From assembly GCA_047601445.1 (NCBI GenBank), contig JASGJH010000001.1:4256001-4320000 (forward strand): a stretch of 64,000 nt of DNA, read 5' to 3'. Shown here piece after piece: positions 59,002-64,000 of the stretch (the stretch's first letter is position 1; the number at the start of each line of letters is the position of its first letter). The stretch comes from Myxococcales bacterium (lineage in GTDB: Bacteria; Myxococcota_A; Polyangia; Polyangiales; DASUME01). Under the pieces are notes generated by a model. The model saw only the letters and a list, made by a program, of their open reading frames with translations, was not told the DNA's origin and made no database searches. A program made the position numbers and the translations under genes.

Positions 59002-59348
59002 CGGACGCGCGCTTTGCTGCAGGGTGTCGTACTCTCCCTCCTCGTAGTAGCCGCTGCTGCTATCGAGGTACCGCTTGTTGAAGAACGCTTCACGCAGCTT
59101 CCCCCCGCCAGGCGGAAAGAGAGCCGCAGCACCAGGGAATGCAGTGGGTGCGCACCCCGATTGATGACCTCGAGCAAGCGCGGTCTGTCAGACGAGAGGT
59201 CTACCAGCGTAAACAGAGTGCCATGTCCAAGCTCGACCAGATCCCCGAGCCCAGCGTGCACCCGCTCGATCCAGTTCGACCAATCGCCATCGACTCGGTA
59301 GACGGCCCGCAACACGTCCCTGCGCCCCTGATGGATCGAGCTACGCAT
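58893..59348 (-). CDS. N-terminal part of the LuxR regulator, out of frame at a G6 run
   Basis: One added G at 59101-59106 would join ...FRLAGG to KLREAFFNKRY...PMGARD. Confidence 0.55.
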   Translation of the reverse strand: MRSSIHQGRRDVLRAVYRVDGDWSNWIERVHAGLGDLVELGHGTLFTLVDLSSDRPRLLEVINRGAHPLHSLVLRLSFRLAGGSCVKRSSTSGTSIAAAATTRRESTTPCSKARVRWARGMRPDSASTTVLIAVSWWSPRARRPSAGRPRI

Positions 59349-59437
59349 TCCAATCTTCCCCGCATCAAACCAAACTGCTACATGTGCAGCACAGCAAGCT
59401 TACCTGGCCGAGCGTAAGGCCAGAAGAGGATTAGTCG

Positions 59438-61222
59438 ATGCCTCCAGTGATCAGAGTGTTCGGCGCCGGTGTCGCCGGCCTGACCGTGGCGCACGAGTTG
59501 GCCGCGCGCGGCATGCGTGTGATCGTGCACGAGCCCGACCGCATCGGCGGTAAGGCCGCCAGTCAGTTCGACGGTGACCTGCCAGGCGAGCATGGCTTCC
59601 GTTTCTTTGCCGGCTGGTATCTACATCTCACCAGTCTGCTCTCCCGCATCTCGACTGAGTCGGTCGCTGCGGACCCCGCTGCGGCGCTGGTCCAGGCACG
59701 GAAAGACGGCTTCGCCAACAGCGTCAAGGAGCGGCTGCAGCCCGTGGAGTACACATGGGGCTGCTGGGCGGGTCAGCCCGCCACGGCCGCCCTCCAGATC
59801 GCGCGCGCACCGGGGCAATGGCTGGAGTTCGTGCGGGGACTCTTCTCGCTGGTGCAGGGCATTTCACCCGCAGAGTTGCAGTCCTTCGTGGCCTTCAAGT
59901 CCCTGAGGCTCGCCCAGTTCTTCTTCACGCCACCGAGCCAGCGCCATCAACGATTCGACCACCTGTCCCTGGCCGAGTTCCTCGACATCAAGACCGACTC
60001 GGATATCGGTCTGGCACTGCGCCGCATCCCGAAGGCGCTGGTCGCCATGGACGGTTTCGCCGGCAGCTGCACCACGTTTCTAAACGCCTGCATGTTGAAC
60101 CAGGCTCCGAGCTGGAACCCGGACATGCCCCTCGACCGTGTGCTGAAGGGCCCCACCAGCAAGGCCTGGATCGAGCCCTGGGTCGCCATGCTCGAGGAGC
60201 TCGGTGTCACGTTCGACAAGAACGACGTGGCCCTCGACAGCATCGAGCTCGGCCCCGACGGCCTGGTGAGGAGGGCTCTCAGCGTGCTCGGCAATGAGCT
60301 CAAGGCGGACGCCTTCGTGCTCGCATTGCCGATCGACCACCTCAAGGATGTGTTCGTCCGGTCTCAGCTGCCGAGTCGCCCTGACTTGGACAAGCTGCTC
60401 AATGCGGACGTGGATGGTACGACAGCCTGGATGGTGGGTCTGCAACTCTATCTCACGCAGGCCACACCGTTGCATGCCGGTCACATGTTCGCGATCGATA
60501 GTCAGTACGGACTGACCGCGCTTGACCAGACCAAGGTCTGGAGCGACGAGTACGTGCAAGCCCTGGCCGCCAAGGATCCGAGCATCAAGGGTCTGATCTC
60601 CGCCATCGTCACGCAGTGGGAGAGCCACCCGGACGCCCCCAATGCGCCCAAGTATCCTTTGCCCAAGGACATCGACGACCGCGCCACGTTGCTCGATCAC
60701 GCCATCACGCAACTGGCGGCCTGTCGCTCGCCCAAGGACGAGCCGCTGTTCGACCCGAACGCGGTGTTCCACAAGCGCGTCGACGACAACGTCGACCTCG
60801 CCATGCCCCAGAAGAACAAGACCCGCATGCTCATTCACCCGCCCGGCGGCTGGCAGCGGCGCCCCACGGCCAGGACGAGCGTTCCCAATCTCTTCTTGGC
60901 GTCGGACTTCGTCAAGAACCCCGCCGACCTCGCGACGATGGAAGGCGCTTGCGCCGCGGGCAGCATCGCGGCCAACGCCATCCTCAGCTACCTGAACGTT
61001 GCCCCCGACGTGCAAGTCCACGACCTGGTGTCCGAGCTCGAGCCCAGCTGGCTCACCACGACGCGCAATACCTTCTCGTTGTTCACTGGCACGCTGGGCA
61101 TCAGCGAGGACGAAGCGCTCGCGCGCCTGCTCCCGGCCGATTCGGGAGACGCCGACAGGATGCGCGAGGCGACCAACACGCTGTTCAACCCCAACACGGA
61201 CTTTTCCAAGCTTCTAAAGTGA
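59438..61222 (+). CDS. FAD-dependent oxidoreductase (amine oxidase / phytoene desaturase-like)
   Basis: FGAGVAGL, IGGKA, GEHGFRFF, NLFLASD, ATMEGA; GAGGA RBS. Confidence 0.85.
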   Translation: MPPVIRVFGAGVAGLTVAHELAARGMRVIVHEPDRIGGKAASQFDGDLPGEHGFRFFAGWYLHLTSLLSRISTESVAADPAAALVQARKDGFANSVKERLQPVEYTWGCWAGQPATAALQIARAPGQWLEFVRGLFSLVQGISPAELQSFVAFKSLRLAQFFFTPPSQRHQRFDHLSLAEFLDIKTDSDIGLALRRIPKALVAMDGFAGSCTTFLNACMLNQAPSWNPDMPLDRVLKGPTSKAWIEPWVAMLEELGVTFDKNDVALDSIELGPDGLVRRALSVLGNELKADAFVLALPIDHLKDVFVRSQLPSRPDLDKLLNADVDGTTAWMVGLQLYLTQATPLHAGHMFAIDSQYGLTALDQTKVWSDEYVQALAAKDPSIKGLISAIVTQWESHPDAPNAPKYPLPKDIDDRATLLDHAITQLAACRSPKDEPLFDPNAVFHKRVDDNVDLAMPQKNKTRMLIHPPGGWQRRPTARTSVPNLFLASDFVKNPADLATMEGACAAGSIAANAILSYLNVAPDVQVHDLVSELEPSWLTTTRNTFSLFTGTLGISEDEALARLLPADSGDADRMREATNTLFNPNTDFSKLLK

Positions 61223-61286
61223 CGCTGCGCCGGCCCGGGACGTAAGCGCTCGGCTGCCACTTCCGCAGCTTCGCCATGCTCAAGGC

Positions 61287-61646
61287 TCAGCGCCGGCGCT
61301 TCGTTCCACGGACGCGAAGGCGCACCCTGATGCAGTAGGCGACGCCGACCACGGCTGCGAGAAACGCGGCGAGATAGGTCCCCGCGATGTTGGCGTGAGG
61401 GCCATCCAGGACGCTCACGCACATCGCTGCCATGAAGGCCGCCGGCAAAGCGACCAACGCCATGACGCAGCAGAGCAACACGTGAAGCCAACGAGGGATG
61501 TTGTCATCGGCGTAGAAGGCGGCCACGACAGGAGTCGAGACAGCGATCAGGGCCAAAATCGGCATTCCGAGGATCGGTAGGGCAAGCCTCGTGTCCGAGG
61601 CATAGGCGTGCGCTGGCTGCACCAGCGACAACACGATAAGCACCAC
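61287..61646 (-). CDS. small hypothetical membrane protein
   Basis: Three to four hydrophobic segments and basic C-terminus; start uncertain. Confidence 0.45.
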   Translation of the reverse strand: MVLIVLSLVQPAHAYASDTRLALPILGMPILALIAVSTPVVAAFYADDNIPRWLHVLLCCVMALVALPAAFMAAMCVSVLDGPHANIAGTYLAAFLAAVVGVAYCIRVRLRVRGTKRRR

Positions 61647-61743
61647 GTGCCCGCCGTGGCGGCCGTCGCCCCCGTCTCCCTTCACCCACCAACCTCCCCC
61701 GCGTCAACAGCACCCTAACGTGCTCTGCGTCGGAAGGACAGGT

Positions 61744-62076
61744 CTAAGGGGCGCCCTCTCCAGCTTGCTCGGCGAGGATGTAGCGTAGGAGCAGCTCGGT
61801 CTGCGCGTCGTCCAAGTGGGCCTTCTTGCCCATGCGCTTGGTGATCGAGGGCCACGCGTCCGCGTCAACCTTGTGCAGGTCGGGATAGCCATGGCACTTG
61901 TTGCAGTTGCCCACGAACAGCGACCGTCCGGCGTCGAGCGACTCGGAGGTGGAGTCCGGCCAGCGCGAGGTGGCCGCCTGGAGCGTTGCAGGACTGACGG
62001 GACCTGGCGCGGGCCCTTTGGCCGGATAGCAACCAGCGAGGACCAGTACAGCAGTCGATGCAGTAAGTGCTTTCAT
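61744..62076 (-). CDS. small c-type cytochrome lipoprotein
   Basis: GGAGG RBS, LAGC lipobox, CNKCH, W...KRM distal Met. Confidence 0.82.
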   Translation of the reverse strand: MKALTASTAVLVLAGCYPAKGPAPGPVSPATLQAATSRWPDSTSESLDAGRSLFVGNCNKCHGYPDLHKVDADAWPSITKRMGKKAHLDDAQTELLLRYILAEQAGEGAP

Positions 62077-62144
62077 GCTCGAGCCTCCATTGAGACGTTC
62101 ACTCTGGGACCCGAGAGGTGCTCTTTCAACGCTGCGTCGTCTCC

Positions 62145-62160
62145 AGGCACTGCCTTTGCA
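62145..62160 (+). promoter_or_regulatory. putative sigma-54 (-24/-12) promoter
   Basis: AGGCACTGCCTTTGCA is a near-consensus match with canonical GG/GC spacing, ~55 bp upstream of ATG 62215. Confidence 0.6.
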
Positions 62161-62214
62161 ACGAGTGGTGCGTCTCCACACGACGAACCGCCGTCGAGAA
62201 AAGTGAGTCGTCCG

Positions 62215-63612
62215 ATGCGTGCCATGTGGCTGAGTGCGTTGCTCGCGCTGACTTTCCCTTCTGTTGGATGCTCCGATGCTGGTGGCTCCGGGAGTTCACC
62301 GCTCGCTGCGCAAAGAGCAGCCGCACAGGTGAGCAACGCCTCCTCGGGCCCGGGGGTCGCGCCGAGCGCCACGCTCTCCTGGGTGGACGAGCAAGCCGTG
62401 CTCGACGCCAACGGACCCGTGCCCAAAGTCACCGCCAAGACCGTCTGCGGCTCGGACACGGAGACCTTTCTCGTGGAGCTCCTGAAGACGGCGCCCGGTG
62501 ACTCGACGGTGCAGCGCGAGTGGGCCGACGTGGACCCCGCCGGTGCTCAGGTCTCCATTCGCGGCGTGGTGAAGACGACGCACTTGGGCCCGCCCGACAT
62601 CCCCATGAATCACGCGCTTGGCGACGACCTGTCCATGAACGTGCTGCTCGAGAAGCCCTTCCTACCCTACACCTTCCACCTAGGTCCCAAGCCCGGCGAA
62701 GAAGGCGAGGACGCCATGCACGTGGAAATCTCCGCCGGCTACATCCCCCATGTTCCGGGGAAGAGAGGACCGAAAATGGGGCAGATCTGGAACGACTTGA
62801 CGGATCAGAACCGCCAGGGGTTTCAGCCCGGGTTCGCGCATCCGAACGTGGGCGACACGGCGCTGGTGCAGGGGCGCTACATCGTCGACTGCGGGCACCC
62901 CAACTATTCGAGCGAGCTCCACGCGATGAGCTTCGTGGCCTGGACCCAAACCCAACACGGACTCACCACGGCGCGCGCCTACTACAATGGCTATCGCGAC
63001 TCCGAAGACTACAACGTTGACTTCAGCCTCTCCGGTCAGACCGAGGACCCGGGGCGCTTCGAACTGCCGGGGACACGCACGCTGCCGGATCAATTGGAGG
63101 CAGAGGCTCCACGTCTGCTCGTTGGCAAGAAGCTACGCTTCTACGGACTGCTCGACGCGGTGGACATGCCGCCTCTGGACTGGCAGGTCTGCGCGCCCCC
63201 CGATGCCAGCGGCAGCCTTCGCTACGCCTATGACTTCGTCACGCGCTCGGGCGTCAAGCTGACCTTCGAACCCGACGCGCACACCGGATGCGTGGCGGTG
63301 CACACCAACTTCGAGCAGGCCTATCGTCCGGCTGACATCGCGACCCGCCGCTGCGACGTGAGCCTGAAGGCGGTCACTGAAGGGGCCAAGGGGGACCTCG
63401 AGAACAGCAGCTTCTCCTTCGGGGGCGTCGTGGGAAGACTGATCCCCGCCAACATCTTGGGAGGCCTGCCCGACCTGCCCATGGAAATCTCCTGCGCGGA
63501 TGCCCTGGCCGGCCCGAAGGTCAACGCCACGCCCAGCGGGCGCAATGTACGCGTGGACGACGGTCAGCCTTTTCCGTTTTACGGCGTACTCACGGTGACT
63601 CGTACCCGATAG
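62215..63612 (+). CDS. hypothetical lipoprotein
   Basis: MRAMWLSALLALTFPSVGC lipobox; His/Cys/Asp motifs NHALGDD, HVEIS, GRYIVDCGH, SELH. Confidence 0.75.
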   Translation: MRAMWLSALLALTFPSVGCSDAGGSGSSPLAAQRAAAQVSNASSGPGVAPSATLSWVDEQAVLDANGPVPKVTAKTVCGSDTETFLVELLKTAPGDSTVQREWADVDPAGAQVSIRGVVKTTHLGPPDIPMNHALGDDLSMNVLLEKPFLPYTFHLGPKPGEEGEDAMHVEISAGYIPHVPGKRGPKMGQIWNDLTDQNRQGFQPGFAHPNVGDTALVQGRYIVDCGHPNYSSELHAMSFVAWTQTQHGLTTARAYYNGYRDSEDYNVDFSLSGQTEDPGRFELPGTRTLPDQLEAEAPRLLVGKKLRFYGLLDAVDMPPLDWQVCAPPDASGSLRYAYDFVTRSGVKLTFEPDAHTGCVAVHTNFEQAYRPADIATRRCDVSLKAVTEGAKGDLENSSFSFGGVVGRLIPANILGGLPDLPMEISCADALAGPKVNATPSGRNVRVDDGQPFPFYGVLTVTRTR

Positions 63613-63717
63613 CCAACCCACGAGAACCTTCCTCCCACAGGGCGCTGGCAGCAGGTTCATGGCCTGGGACTGGAAGCATCGAGGCCGCCGGACGAGAAGT
63701 CCGCTACACTCCGGGCG

Positions 63718-64000
63718 ATGCTGGTCCAGGGACCGACCATGATCTTCCGGCACGTCGACGGCGTGTGGGTCGGCGTGCATACGGCGGAGCCGCCGACCGT
63801 GGACGAGTGGACCGCGTTGTGCGGCGAGGTAGCGCACCTACGTCGCGAGACGCGGGGGGTCATCATCTACACTGAGGGAGGCGGACCGGACTCCAAGCAA
63901 CGCGAGCTGCTGCGCGCGGCGCTTCAGAATACGCCGCAGCACGTCGCCGTTCTCACCCACTCGAGCGTGGTGCGACTGATCAGCACGACCCTCAACTGGC
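63718..64000 (+). CDS. STAS/SEC14-like small protein, runs off window end
   Basis: Translated by hand: MLVQGPTMIFRHVDGVWVGVHTAEPPTVDEW...IIYTEGGGPDSKQR...VAVLTHSSVVRLISTTLNW. Confidence 0.6.
   Translation, partial: MLVQGPTMIFRHVDGVWVGVHTAEPPTVDEWTALCGEVAHLRRETRGVIIYTEGGGPDSKQRELLRAALQNTPQHVAVLTHSSVVRLISTTLNW

Noticed and set aside
57670..59301. 543-aa plus-strand ORF
   Set aside because: Overlaps DUF5995 out of frame and the LuxR gene antisense; no coherent domain.

Overview
GC-rich bacterial chromosomal segment with about 50 protein-coding genes. It is most consistent with a Myxococcota (Polyangia/Sandaracinus-like) genome. This is an inference from the many lipoproteins with GDGDGD linkers, a Ser/Thr kinase-ATPase, an AgmX/PglI-type TonB protein and a STAS/SEC14-like protein. 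I see no rRNA, tRNA, CRISPR array, transposase or prophage. Main content: (1) a 14.5 kb signalling island (10.8-25.3 kb) with two paralogous copies of a module made of an outer-membrane beta-barrel, a small PstS-like periplasmic protein and a Hpt-containing hybrid histidine kinase that shares an unusual periplasmic domain; (2) a lipid/ester-oriented gene set (SDR + Baeyer-Villiger monooxygenase, four alpha/beta hydrolases including a close PETase/cutinase-fold lipoprotein, fatty-acid desaturase, FadL porin with a 1200-aa lipoprotein, and four AraC regulators plus a probable remnant); (3) two PHM/DBH-type copper monooxygenase lipoproteins, one fused to a c-type cytochrome; (4) an operon of ECF sigma, zinc anti-sigma, exported caspase-beta-barrel and Cys-rich lipoprotein. 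Three genes carry apparent frameshifts, one at a G6 homopolymer, which suggests assembly indel errors. All functional calls come from motif recognition by eye; no database search was run.
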